Positions 1-11,422 of a stretch of 64,000 nucleotides of DNA are shown here, one piece after another. A model generated the notes under the pieces. It searched no databases. It was not told where the DNA came from and saw nothing but the letters and a program-made list of their open reading frames with translations. This stretch comes from Marsupella aquatica (taxonomy: Eukaryota > Plantae > Marchantiophyta), in assembly GCA_973895155.1 (NCBI GenBank), contig OZ316899.1:4901241-4965240 (forward strand), written 5' to 3'. The position numbers and the translations under genes are program-made. The stretch's first letter is position 1. Each line of letters opens with the position of its first letter.

Positions 1-1120
1 CTGGTATAAAAAGTTCCAGGCAGAGATGTTAGCACTCGACTTTGTCAATGATGACATAGCCCCGTGTCTATTTTTAAAACAGAGAGGAACTGAATACATC
101 ATAGTCGCTATTTACATAGACGACATTAATATTTTTGGAACTCCCAGCATATCTAAAGAAACAATCTAAAATTTGAAGCATACATTTCAGATGAGGGATC
201 TTGGTGAACCCAAATACTGCCTTGGCCTTTAGTTTGATTATGTGCAAGGTGGAATACTAATTAACCAGGCGACTTACACCAAGAAGATATTAAAGCAGTT
301 TCATATGGAGAATGCTCATCCGGTGAGCACTCCCATGGAGCTAAGAACACTCGATCCTAACAAAGACACCTTCAAGAAAAGAACTGAAGCAGAACCAACA
401 CTAGGGAGCGAGAAGCCTTACCTCTATGCAATTGGAGCGCTGATGTACTTAGCAAATCAGACGCGCCTTGACATTTCATTTGCGGTTAACCTGCTAGCAC
501 GTCACAATTCTCAACCAACACTAAGACACTGGAATGGAATGAAGAGAGTATTTTGATACTTACAGGGCACTGCCGATTTGGGATTGTTTTTCCCTCACAA
601 TGCAAAATTGGAACTCACAGGATTTGTTGATGCCGGGTATCTTTCAGACCCCGATGATGCAAAATCGCAGACTGGATATGTGTTCCTTCAGGGCACCACA
701 ACCATATCTTGGAGGAGCTTGAAACAGACCCTTACGACTACGTCTTCTAACCATGCAGAGATCATAGCATTATATGAGGCAAGTCGAGAGTGCATGTGGC
801 TTAGACAGCTAATTGATCACATAAACAAACACACTGGCCGTCCACTCCTCAGCTCGCCTACGACGATTTACGAAGAAAATTGACCTTGTGTCGATCAAAT
901 CACTCAGGGCTTCATAAAAGGTGATCGAATTAAGCACATAGCTCCCAAATTTTTCTTTACGCATGAGCAACATGGTGATAAGATCCAAGTTAAATGGATC
1001 CCGAGCATAGAGAACCGAGCAGATCTTTTTACGAAGGCACTTCCGCCATCTTTACATAAAGAACACACAGCAGGAATCGGGATGCATAGACTCTCAGTTT
1101 TACTACAAAGCGCGACTTAG
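1..1120 (+). pseudogene. Copia RT C-terminus and RNase H, with in-frame stops
   Basis: ORFs 242-556 (YLYAIGALMYLANQTRLDISFAVNLLAR) and 578-883 lie in one frame, interrupted by stop codons; final stop at ~1118-1120. Confidence 0.9.
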
Positions 1121-1395
1121 TACATTTCGACAGCAAGCCCTAACACAACAACAAACATTCCGACTACAAATGTTACACCTACTACTTCATTACATTTTAG
1201 AGTTACCATTTACATAAAACTCTAATTGATAGTATTTACAACATGATTACCCTACAACATGTAAGTAGAGGCACTCTTTCCTTTGGAAGAAAGTGGAAAG
1301 GTTTTAAGTAGGCCTTGCCAAACTCAGGGTTAATCTTACACTTACATCTAGATAGATTGGTTATTTTATATCCCAATAAAATACCCAAAGGGGAG

Positions 1396-1563
1396 TGTTA
1401 TGACATGTAGATTACACTGTAAGAGACCATTACATTAGACCCTAATGTAATACCTAGAGATTGAGGTACTCACCTATTCTAACCACCTCCTGATGTAACA
1501 CATAAAGACTTTCATCCATAATAGAAGAGACATTCATGTTGGTGCAACCTTTGGAGTAAAACA
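1396..1563 (+). repeat. Short 3' LTR of the Bianca-like element (TGTT...AACA)
   Basis: Starts right after the polypurine tract. AAACA at 1559-1563 is followed by unrelated transposase coding sequence. The partner LTR is outside the window, so the right boundary is approximate. Confidence 0.65.
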
Positions 1564-2760
1564 TTGATGACTTATCTTCACATGTTAGTAGATTTGAAGA
1601 TTTTTGACAAGATAAAAGTGGGTTTCTTGTTGGTCAGTCATACACATGACTAGATAGATCAGATGTTTAGTAAATTTTTGTCTAGGTTAAACAAGCACAA
1701 AGCATTTTGCTTGGAGACTCTTGAGGATATTATTCGATGAGCATATTCCCCTGGAGCTTCAATCATATTTGTGAATGAAGTAGCCAATTTTCAAAATTTT
1801 GTCAATGAACCGACCAGCCAAATGAGAAGGGAGTCTCAGGCAGAATCTTGAGAGATCTCAATCTCATAACTTTTCAAAGACAATTTAGATTCAAACGAGT
1901 CATGGAGGTGGAAACGAAGAGACAACATTTCACGGGAAATATCTGTCCACGACCCAGGATTGGGGAGATGCAGTGACGTTTGTCAATTACATTCCAACTT
2001 CAAGAATGTGGGTTGCTGCACAAATATCATTGAAGTCAGCAAAAGGTGCTGAGAGGGATGATGTCCATGATTCTTCCAATATAGATGGTGCATTAACTAC
2101 TCTGGTGAAATATCAAAAAGCTATTCAGGAAGGTTTCAATTACTTTGACAATGAAGATAAACTTTGGTGGATGAGTTTTTTTGAGAAACAAAAAGATATT
2201 ATCAAAAACCACCTAGAGGAAGGTGAGTGGTTATTTGAGTGGGTTTGGCTGCAACAAAATCAAGGTCCAACACTTCTAAGGGTGAGAAATGAACTTGCTG
2301 AAGAAGGTGTTGATCCAACTTTGGTTGACAAAGTTGCTGGACCACAGAGAATTATATACTTCGGACCTCGATGAAAGCAAGCTAGCTGAATTTGGAGATT
2401 TCAGAGATATGGAAGTTAACAATAAGTGGTCCATGATGTGTAGCAACACAGAAGGATCCATAAGGCAAGTTATTCTAGATGGCAAAGGTGTCAAAGATTT
2501 TGACAAAAACCGAAGACATTCCTGAGATAATCAAAATCACATGGTACACAACTGAGGCAAGTGTTGAGTCTGCCATTGATGGAAAATATTTTCCGGAGAA
2601 AGATAATATATCTAATCGGCTTCTCCAAGATAAACTACTTCTATCTTCAACAGCGGTGTATGCATACAACTTTGCGCTTTTAAGTACTAATCAAATAGCA
2701 GCAAAAACTAAAAAGATTATAGAATCTGCTATATAAGAGCGAGGTTCTTCACTTTCAGAG
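1564..2760 (+). pseudogene. C-terminal half of a DDE transposase, Sola-superfamily-like (DUF7869-type)
   Basis: Manual translation from 1564 gives LMTYLHMLVDLKIFDKIKVGFLLVSHTHD*IDQMFSKF, matching the FLxVGHTHxxIDQxFS motif. It continues into fragments 1973-2374 and 2479-2736. The N-terminal half is displaced by the Copia insertion. Confidence 0.7.
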
Positions 2761-2800
2761 GATTGAGATTGATGTCCTTAAACAGGTACATGCATCAATT

Positions 2801-3651
2801 TTAGAATTTGATCTCGGATGAATTTTCTAAGGTTACACGCTTTTTTAGCGTTGTGCCATTTTTTGGTAAATAAAGACTGTGCATCAAGGCATTGTGTAAT
2901 ATGTCATTGAATTCTGATTTTGTCCATATTTTGAAGAACAAATAGACCACAATCTGGGTCGTTTGGTTGTTGAGGTACCTGAGAAAGAATCTTAAAATTA
3001 ATTTTTTATATTTAATTATTGAACTAAATAAAAGTTCAAATAACATTTCAAATCCTGACCATTGGATTGTAAATCTCCACAACTCCCATTGGAACTTTTC
3101 CAACAAATAATTCTCATTCTATTGTAAAATATCTGCAAATTAACATTCAAAGTTATTAGTCCAAAGTGTTTATATTTATATTCCAAATAAATAATCTCAT
3201 GTATTGATCAAATTACATGAGTTGTGTGTAGACCGGCAAGAGAGTCTAAATGATATATTTTGATTGAAGATTCAATCCGATCTAAACATATTACAACTAA
3301 ACTCCAGTGCATGGTCATGTGAATTGGCATGAGAATGACCTCAATTTTAGAAAATAGTGGCTTGTAATAATTCCACATCTTTTGAATTGATTCCAACAAG
3401 GTCTCAGCAGGTTTCGTTTCAATCCTTGCAACAAGCCAAGGGTAAAAAAAAGAGGATAATGTGATTACTAAGGGAGCCAGATCTCCATGTTCCTCGGTTA
3501 TTAATTATGGGTAAAATTCCATAATTTCATCACCCAAATATTGATCGGGTTCAAGTTGACTCAATGTTTTTTGGTCCAAAAGAAACCCACTAGAAGGATT
3601 GTGTGAGAATCTATGCAAAACATGTTTCAATACAAAATCCTCCTTTGATTC
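2801..3651 (-). pseudogene. Ulp1/SENP-family (C48) cysteine protease
   Basis: Minus-strand motifs in order: LSQLEPDQYLGDEIMEFY; ILMPIHMTMHWSLVVI (His); IYHLDSL (Asp); VPQQPNDPDCGLFVL (Gln/Cys, ~2934-2978, in a shifted frame). Confidence 0.9.
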
Positions 3652-3763
3652 CTGCAAAGACATTACTTTATGAAATAAGAATATAGTTCGATCATAATCT
3701 TACTCAATATTTCACAAGTTTGGATCAATATATATAACATGAGAGAACTAATCAAACTAAAGT

Positions 3764-4837
3764 CTACACCTCAAGGATCAAGTGTTGAAGCTTCATGTTC
3801 CACTTCATCCTCTTCATCCTCCTCATCATTGTCGTTCTCCTCCGCAGTTGTAATGATGCAAGTTCCAATGGTGAGGGTGCTTGTAGTACCATAATAGGTG
3901 GTTGAACCTCAAAGCTCATGGGCCCTATACCCTCCTCGGTTGCTTCATCATTCAAGTCCCATGATTCAACAAGCGTGACAAGTCGGGTCCGGATACAATC
4001 CACCTGGCTCGCACTTAGCTCCATAGCTGTCACCGGACATTTCCCTAACAAGGCAACGCATGAGGTCAAACCACTCCCAACACATAAATCAACAACCCAA
4101 TCCCTTGCTTCACTAAAAATGTTGAATGAACCAATCTACTAGAGCTATCGGATCCTGGTAAGGGTTCACTATTTCCCCCAATGGTGTTACACATTTCTTT
4201 GTAACACAAGGGACTTTTATGATGTTTACCCTTTTTTCATCATGTTCAAAATTGTACATGTCTCTGGTCCTAATACCACTCTCGTGATAATATTCGATTG
4301 ACCAGTTTTCAAATGCCCAGGCCAATCTATTCCCAGAAGGATGAGCATGTACATTTGGCTTCTCCCAAATTCCTGCCTCTACACCTGCGTTACAAGTTTT
4401 TCCCAGAGCATTCATCGCAGACCAAGTTTGCTGCAAAGAGTGAACAACAACAAACCTTCACATCTTCAAACTTGTCACATTGGAAAAACACCATATCGAC
4501 AATATCATTCTTCAAAAATGGGACCTCATCATTTTCAGAGCTAGGCGCATTGAATCCATACGGAATGTCTGCAATTGTAACTATGTAATTCCTTTTATCT
4601 ACAAACTTATCCAACGCCCTGACATCTCCACAATGCAATGTATATCTGATGAAATTTCTATCAACATTTTTCCACCGATGGTTGACCACTCGAATCTACT
4701 TCAAACGTTTCAATCCCACAACGACAATTATAGTTCTCAATCGCCTCTTGAACGTAATTCTTAAACCCTGGGGGAATAACACTCAAAGTTAGCTCCTCCA
4801 AAGGTGTCTCAACCACATTCTTTGAAAAGGCTTTCAA
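3764..4837 (-). pseudogene. Beta-class N6-adenine/N4-cytosine DNA methyltransferase domain (N6_N4_Mtase-like)
   Basis: Joining three frameshifted pieces gives LHCGDV...VTIADIPYG (motif IV), GIWEKPN, VNPYQDPIALVDWFIQHFSEARDWVVDLCVGSGLTSCVALLG..VTAME (motifs X, I, II). The catalytic motif precedes the SAM-binding motif, which is the beta order. Confidence 0.85.
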
Positions 4838-4944
4838 CTGCAAATGTGAACTTGTTAAAAGAATCCGGAGAAAAGAAAATGGGGAGACAACCATTTGCAC
4901 ATTCAAACAACATAAACATGCAGAAAAGTAATCGAATCTTCAGG

Positions 4945-5260
4945 ATGAAATGCAACATGGGATATGTCGTATCCAAATTTGCATTAAAACAAGCAAAAAC
5001 CACATTGAAACCTCCCAAATGTAAAAAATCCACAAGTGAATCCAAGATGGGATACCCCGTATCCCATCTTTCCATTCAAACCTCAAATACCTAAAGAAAA
5101 CCTCCATAGGGTTCAAAAACCCAAAGTGAATCCGAGATGGGATACCCTGTATCTCACTCCGCATTCAAACAAGAAATCCAGTTAGGAAACCTCCCAACAA
5201 AGCAAAACATGACATTGAATACAAGAGGGGATACTGCATAAACCTCTCCGGATTCGAACA
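4945..5260. repeat. Array 1 of ~43-bp palindromes (approx. TTGAATGCAAGATGGGATAC-NNN-GTATCCCAYTTCGCATTCAA), 4 copies, ~90-bp period, inside a predicted intron
   Basis: Copies start near 4947, 5037, 5127 and 5215. They are bounded by a minus-strand GT donor at 5353 and a CAG acceptor at 4838-4840. Confidence 0.85.
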
Positions 5261-5353
5261 ACAATTGTTGTCAGAAAACCCACACCATATTGTATTAGTC
5301 GATGATTTGAGAAACAAATAGAAAATTCAAATCAATTGAGGGGGAGAACATAC

Positions 5354-6078
5354 CACATTGGACAACTTCCCACTCCATCTTTCAAGCTTGGCATATTCTA
5401 TTTCCTTTGGAAATATTTGTTTGCACGTTGCCCAGTCTGGTTGCCCGGACAACTAAACAAAAATCTTGCTAATTTTAACAAGATTCTTGTAACTCTCGGC
5501 TTCTTTTGCCATCTGCTCAAGAGATATCATCCGGTCCTTCACTCGGAGAAGAAGGGACTCCAAACATCAATCGTGTTCAATTCCCTGGATTGCTCTCCAA
5601 GCTGTTAGGGTAAGGCCCCCTACGAGCTTATTCAAAGCTTTTGGAATTGGCTGCGCTTTTCCCTTTCCTTTCTTGAGTTTCTTGATTGGCATCTTCTGCT
5701 TATTCTGCCCTTTGATCTCCAACCTGTTCCACATATCAAAGATCTGGTCTTGGAGTTCCCGGACCTTACCCGACCTAAAGGCAATTTGGAAGAGAGGTTC
5801 ATGCTTCTTCAGGCTTGTGGCGTTCCCCGGAAAAAACCGGTCGACACACACCTCCAAGGCACACGCTTCTCTGGTCTCCTTGGTTTTTGCCATCCCTTTG
5901 GCAAGGAAAATCTTATGCATTGTTTGGATTTGATCAATGTTATTCATCTTTTATTTTCCTGTACTCCTGATCAATATTATGTTGAATGCTTAGTTTTTTA
6001 ATGTCCTCCCTTGAGAGACCAGCATACACCCAATTAAGCTTGAAGTTTATTGAAGATCTCTCTCCCATATGCCTTGTA
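5354..6078 (-). pseudogene. Middle exon of the ParB-MTase gene (C-terminal part of the ParB/Srx-like domain and helical region)
   Basis: KAYGREIFNKLQA/WVYAGLSREDIKKLSIQHNIDQEY runs into ORF 5567-5947. The exon ends ...RWSGKLSNV, which splices in phase 0 to LKAFSKNVV of the MTase exon. Confidence 0.75.
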
Positions 6079-6520
6079 CACTACAACACTACCTACACCT
6101 TTTGCGAACTTGAAAGCGTCGCAAACAACAAAGGAAATCGAAGAAAAAAATCCGAGCTTTGCGAAGTAACGCCCATTGCACTAGACTCGCAAACTGCAAA
6201 GCCAATTTAAGGCTTGCATCCGGTCTTTCGCAAGACATTCGCAACTCCTTTGCAATTTTGCGACACGAATAGAATCGGAAAGGGCTCACATTTAAGTGAC
6301 TTCGCCGGCATCGTGATACACTTGCGACAATAATAGAGCAAGTTCCATATTTGCGATTCCAGACGTTTGGCAACGTGTTTGCGATACCAAATGAATGGTA
6401 AATATGCAATCAACATCATTTTGCATTTGTGTGAAAGTATGTGGATCGCAGAATCGTTGAGATACTTACAGAATAGTAAATATGCAATATGGGTTGTTCG
6501 CATTGGTTTTGCAAGGTGTC
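6079..6520. repeat. Left TIR and subterminal TTGCGA/TTGCAA motif cluster of the CACTA
   Basis: Many TTTGCGAA/TCGCAA/TTGCAA words in both orientations. Confidence 0.8.
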
Positions 6521-6699
6521 TTGAGGCTAGGGTTTAGATTTATAGTTTTGAATTAGGGTTGGGGTCTTGTTGTCCAACACGAAGAATGAGGTTTGAATAA
6601 AAATTTCTTTATAGAAAATTGATAGGTACACAAAAATTGATAGGTACACAAAAACCCTAAAACCTATATGGGTGTCCTATGACAAGCTAGGTCCCTACA

Positions 6700-8765
6700 A
6701 GAGTACCCATATCAAAACTATATACTACACTAAGTAAATGGGCATCCCAATGGGCACTACACCAACAAGCTCTAGAATGGGGTCCTCCTACTCCTTGTCG
6801 CCGGCCTCTTCCCCTTGTCCCTCTTCCCCTTGTCCCTCTTGCGACGATCCGAATGCGACACAGGAGGTGGTGCTGGCTGCTCCTCCACATCTGGTTCCTC
6901 CTTGTCCTCATCCTCTTCCTCCCCCTCCTGCTGGGAAACTCCTCCTACTGGTCCAGATCCACTACTACCTCCTACCTTGGGCCCCTTTGTCGTGGTCCCC
7001 TCATTGTTCTCATCGGTGCTGCTGGTATCACTGGTATCCTCATCATCCTGTTTGCACAGCACAAGGCCAAATTGGTTTAGCTTTATGTAATGAAAAGATA
7101 AGTGGATTGGTGGGCAAAACTAAAGGGGGCATATGCACTTACAGTCGCCAACTCTGCGTCAACCAAGTCAAAGAGATGTTTTTCTACATGCGCAGCTCCT
7201 ATCTCCATCTCTTTTGCTGTTATCTTCCTGCAGTACCTGTTATACTACCACAACCAAAGATTCCAACACCAAAATTGATCGGGGTTAATATGCCATAAAC
7301 CCAAGTAAAATGCATGGAGGTGCTAGTAGGGTGCCCTAACACAAAATTGGGCTCAATAACCCTTAGTGGTATTTTTTAAACATAATACACATTTGCAAAA
7401 CTCCCCATTTTGCAAATTCAAATAAATTGACTGTTTGCGAAGTAGTTTGCGAAGCGGGTTGGTTTGCACTAGCTTTGCATCTACAACTTAAAAAAAGGCC
7501 ATGATAGACTTTGCAAAACATTTGCAAAGCAACCCGCTTTGCAAAAGCGTTGCAAACTCTATTTTAAAAAAATCCCGAGAAATCTCTGAGTCATGCAATG
7601 TGTCAGGGTGACCTAAAGTACAAGGCAGGCCATAAGGAAGAAAGAAGAGGTATGCAGGGGGCATTGCAGGTTGGGTGGATAGCAATTGAAAGCAAGGAAA
7701 TAGAAGCAGGGGAGGAGAGGGCCCACTCACAAAGTGTGCTTTGAGGCCGGGAAGTCCACCTTGGCCCATCTTGTGCGTGGTCTTGGGCCGTTTGCTGACT
7801 CGCTCAACTGCAAGGATGAATTTTTTGGGTGGTGCCCCCACTTCATCCACAATGTGCTGCATGTGAGACACCTTCTCAGCCATTGCCTTGAGGTCTCGGT
7901 TGGACTTCCCGGCCTTTTGTGCCTTGGCTTCCATCTCCTTCTAGAAGAGAAGGTTCTTGGCGGCTCTCATCTGCACCTCCACATTGTAAAAGGCATTCCA
8001 CACGTCCTCAGTGAATTGTAGTGGCCTCCTCACGTTTCTATACTCCTCCAAGTTTGCTAGGTAGGCCCTTACCTTCTTCCTATCATGGTACCGTGCTTGA
8101 GACATTGAATTGGAAATTCTATCTGCAAGCCACTGTTCATCAATCTCTGCTCCATTTCGAAATGAATCTTTGATTTGACTCATTACTCTCCTCTGGTCTG
8201 CCTTGCTGAGTTTCCTCCACTCAACTCATGCACAATTGGAGCGCACCATAAGCCTGATAGTGCTCTTTGCCCCGGTGTAGGTCAGTTCAGTAGGAATGCC
8301 TTCAATCAAGGCAATCATAGGCAACTTCTTCCTCTCTTCCTCCTTCTTTTGCTGCTCCTCCCGCTGTGCTCTTATCTCATCTTGTTCCTCTCTCCTCCTC
8401 TTCTTTTCTAGGGCAGCAGGTGAGACTACTCCTGCCTTGGCCCTCTCCTCCTTCTTATGCTTCTTCTCTCTTGCCTTCTTTTGAGCTGCACTCCTTTGCT
8501 CCTCCTCCCTTGCAATGTTCCCTGCAGCTACTCCCATTTGCAAGGCTTGCCCTAGGATTGCACTCAAAGAAGCAATCCCTGCTGGTGTAGTCAAATCTAA
8601 GCGGCTCAGTTGTGCTGCATTGAGGTGCTCAACCATCAAATTGGTCCATCGATTCCTCTCCTGCTCCCCATTCCCTTTGTTCCCATTGCCATTGCCACTG
8701 TCACTCACCCCTACCCCGTCACCTCCATTTGCTCCGCTGGAATCCATAGCTAAGCCACCCCCCAC
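6700..8765 (-). pseudogene. CACTA accessory gene (TnpA/ORF2-like), multi-exon, function unassigned
   Basis: Colinear minus-strand ORFs 8226-8765, 7941-8183, the 5' part of 7488-7934 and 6772-7062, with charged coiled-coil and acidic segments; divergent from the transposase. Confidence 0.55.
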
Positions 8766-10038
8766 GCGCGCGCGAGCTCCCTTCTCCCTCCCTGTGCTTG
8801 AAACTTGTCAAATGCCGCTGAGTACGCGGCGGTCGAGTGCTAATGTAGAAGCAGGAAAGATTTGCAAAGCAACCCATTTCGCAATATGCAATCCTTTTTG
8901 TTTTGCATGTAGTATCTCAAGTTTGCGAAACCATTGCAAAGCAAAAGGCTTTGCAACACCTTCACTCTCTCGCAGAAATGCTCTCGGGCTCTGTTTTTCT
9001 GAAGGTAGTGCAAAAGGGGATGCTTCGCAAAATTCAATTCTAATTTGTGATGGTGTTTGCAAAGGGAATGGCTTCGCAAGGCATTGGCATCTCATCCTAA
9101 GGGGGATGTTGGTTTCATTTGAAAGGGTTTTTTTTCAAGGTAAAGTGGACCCCTCCATACTCATATTTGGAATGCTTTTTGGCCATGTTTTGGGTGTTAG
9201 ATAATACTTGAAGGCGGGTTTGAAGGGTTAGGCCGATTTCAGGTCAATGGGTTATGTATGGTGCTGGTTTAGGCTAAGGTTTGGGTTTACATTACTTTAG
9301 AAGAAATAATAAAGGTGTGGGATTTGGTTTACAATAAATAAGTAAGGTTTGGGTTTAGGGTTTGCCTGGGGTTTTTAAATAGAAAGGTCTCTAGGGTCAA
9401 GAAGAAAGGTTTGGGTTTGTGTGTAAGTCAGATTTAGGTTTAATATGTAGGACGTGGTTTGGGGTTGAAGGTTTGGATAAGACAAAGCAAGGTTACATGA
9501 GGTTCATTGGGTTTAAGAGAGGTTTCAATTGGTCTATGAATCAAAAAGGGATTGGCATGGGTTTTGCTAACAAAGGAGGGGAATATATGATAGCTTGCAG
9601 GGTACGGCACTTTTTGATGATTTGATACTAATGCATATGCATTGTGAGAGCCCGGGCATCTGAAAGGTAAACATTGCATGATCGGCTCAAGTGTTCCTTT
9701 CATGTACTTAACACTTTTGGTTGCCACTATATAGTATAAAGGGGACATGTCTATAGGGTGTTTTTTTGTATGGTCCAGATTATTGTGCTTACATATAATT
9801 ATATGGAATGCTTGCAGCTTTTCCCTCATATTTTCAGATTGGGTTCATTAATTATCTTAGAGCCACAAGACCTATTGGCACTGCTGAGCCCGGGTCTCAT
9901 AAAGGTACCTTTTTTATTGCTATGGTCATTTTGGTTTGGGTTTCTCGTCATCATTATTTGGGAACTTTGATTTATATCATTTTGTGGTATGTTTTGGTCA
10001 TAACGTGCCCCTTTTAATTATATCTTGTTACAGGAAAT

Positions 10039-11185
10039 ATGTCTTCATCTTCTGAAATCTCCACCACAGACTCATCCTCCTTTGATGAAGATACACCACC
10101 TCCACCTCAACATCACACGACCGCACCTCCTCCTCGCGGTCCACCCCGTCAACTTTGCAAATGTTCCAGATGTGTGGGTCAGGTTTCCCAAAAATCTTAC
10201 ATATGCACCCAACATATTGAGAGATATGGGCATTGTGGACGTCATACAGCAGGGGCATCTTCATCTCATATGGTAAGTGTTATGCCTTAGTTTTCCTACC
10301 CTATTCCCACTTCTCAATGGTTGAAGGTTTTTAATTTCACACCTACTTTTGTTTGTTTTGGTTTTGGTGGAATAGGTATCCAATAGGCCTAGACCTGCGG
10401 CACAAGCACCCTATGTCCCATCACAAGGTGTTCTAGATGCTATAGACAATGCATTCTCACAAGCCTTGGGTCTAGCGGCAAGGCCCACCAGTCCTAGGGA
10501 AGTTGGGGTTGAGGCTATTGTCCCAAGAGGGAGAAAGCGTTCCAAGAGGCGGGCCCAAGGGGATACCGATTTGTACAAGGCAGTGGTTATGGGTAGGTGG
10601 GGTGATTGTGAGTTCACTGGCAGATGTGTCCCTATCATCAAGGACTGGGATCTTGAGACTCTTGGTTTGCCATAACAGCTTTCCTACGGTGAGGAGGTAG
10701 AGGTTTGGGGTAGACGTTGGGTTATCAAACCTTCCACACTTGAGGATGGCTATGGAGTTTTTGCTCGTGAGGACATCATTGTGGACACCAAGAGTGGTAG
10801 AGGTGGACGCGGCCGAGAAGAGCCTACTTTGTTTCCTTATGGTGGACCCATCTACAAGAGAAGACATTGGAACATGATCCTTGCACAACACCCTCAGTGG
10901 AAGACTTATGCATTGGACATGGATACTTTTGATGGAAACACTAGAAGGTATAGTAAGCAGCGTGTCATAGATGGGGACCCCATTCGGGCTGGGAATATTG
11001 CTGGTTTCATAAACAGTACCATGGGGAATCGCCCTAAGCGTAGGCAAAATTGTGAGTGGGTTTTCATTGAGGGTCCTCCGCCAGCACCTTATGGCCAGAC
11101 ATATCATCATGACCATTGCCTAGTTGTAGCAACGAGGACCATTAACTCAGGGGATGAGTTATTTACTCACTATGAGTGGGATTAG
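10039..11185 (+). pseudogene. SET-domain protein (putative lysine methyltransferase) with an N-terminal CxCxxC..H motif; one in-frame stop
   Basis: WVIKPSTLEDGYGVFAREDI...LFPYGG...GNIAGFINS...NCEW...LVVATRTINSGDELFTHYEW. Probable intron from ~10273 (GTAAGT) to ~10376. TAA at 10673-10675. Confidence 0.85.
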
Positions 11186-11422
11186 GGTTAAGTTAAGGGT
11201 CATAGGTGGTATGTTGCATATCAAATGACACTACATATGGCCTTTGGCCACATTTTGTATTTGCACCACAACCAATATTATTTCATTTTTTCACACCCCT
11301 AGCCCATTTTTGTGTGTGTTCTCTTTGCAATATAACTTTCCATTGTTTGCTTTGTTTTAATTTAGAATGTGCAACCCTCTCCAAATGTGTTACCACGGAG
11401 ATTGAGAGCAACATATTGAGAA

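Larger units (their letters stand above)
1..1563 (+). mobile_element. 3' part of a Ty1/Copia LTR retrotransposon, Bianca-like lineage
   Basis: End of RT plus RNase H with Bianca-type motifs GFVDAGYLSDP..KSQTGYVF and KHIAPKFFFTHE. Polypurine tract AAAGGGGAG at 1387-1395 is followed by TGTT at 1396. Confidence 0.9.

Noticed and set aside
1-1563. Copia 3' end as the missing half of the Copia at 39540-50653
   Set aside because: The order is wrong and the two LTR sequences are dissimilar.
3764-4837. Bacterial or phage contamination as the source of the methyltransferase
   Set aside because: The gene has spliceosomal-type introns and is interrupted by plant transposons with intact TSDs, so it resides in the eukaryotic chromosome.
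9220-9480. GGTTTAGGG/GGTTTGGG telomere-like words
   Set aside because: Scattered and degenerate, not a tandem TTTAGGG array; such words are common in plant transposon promoters.
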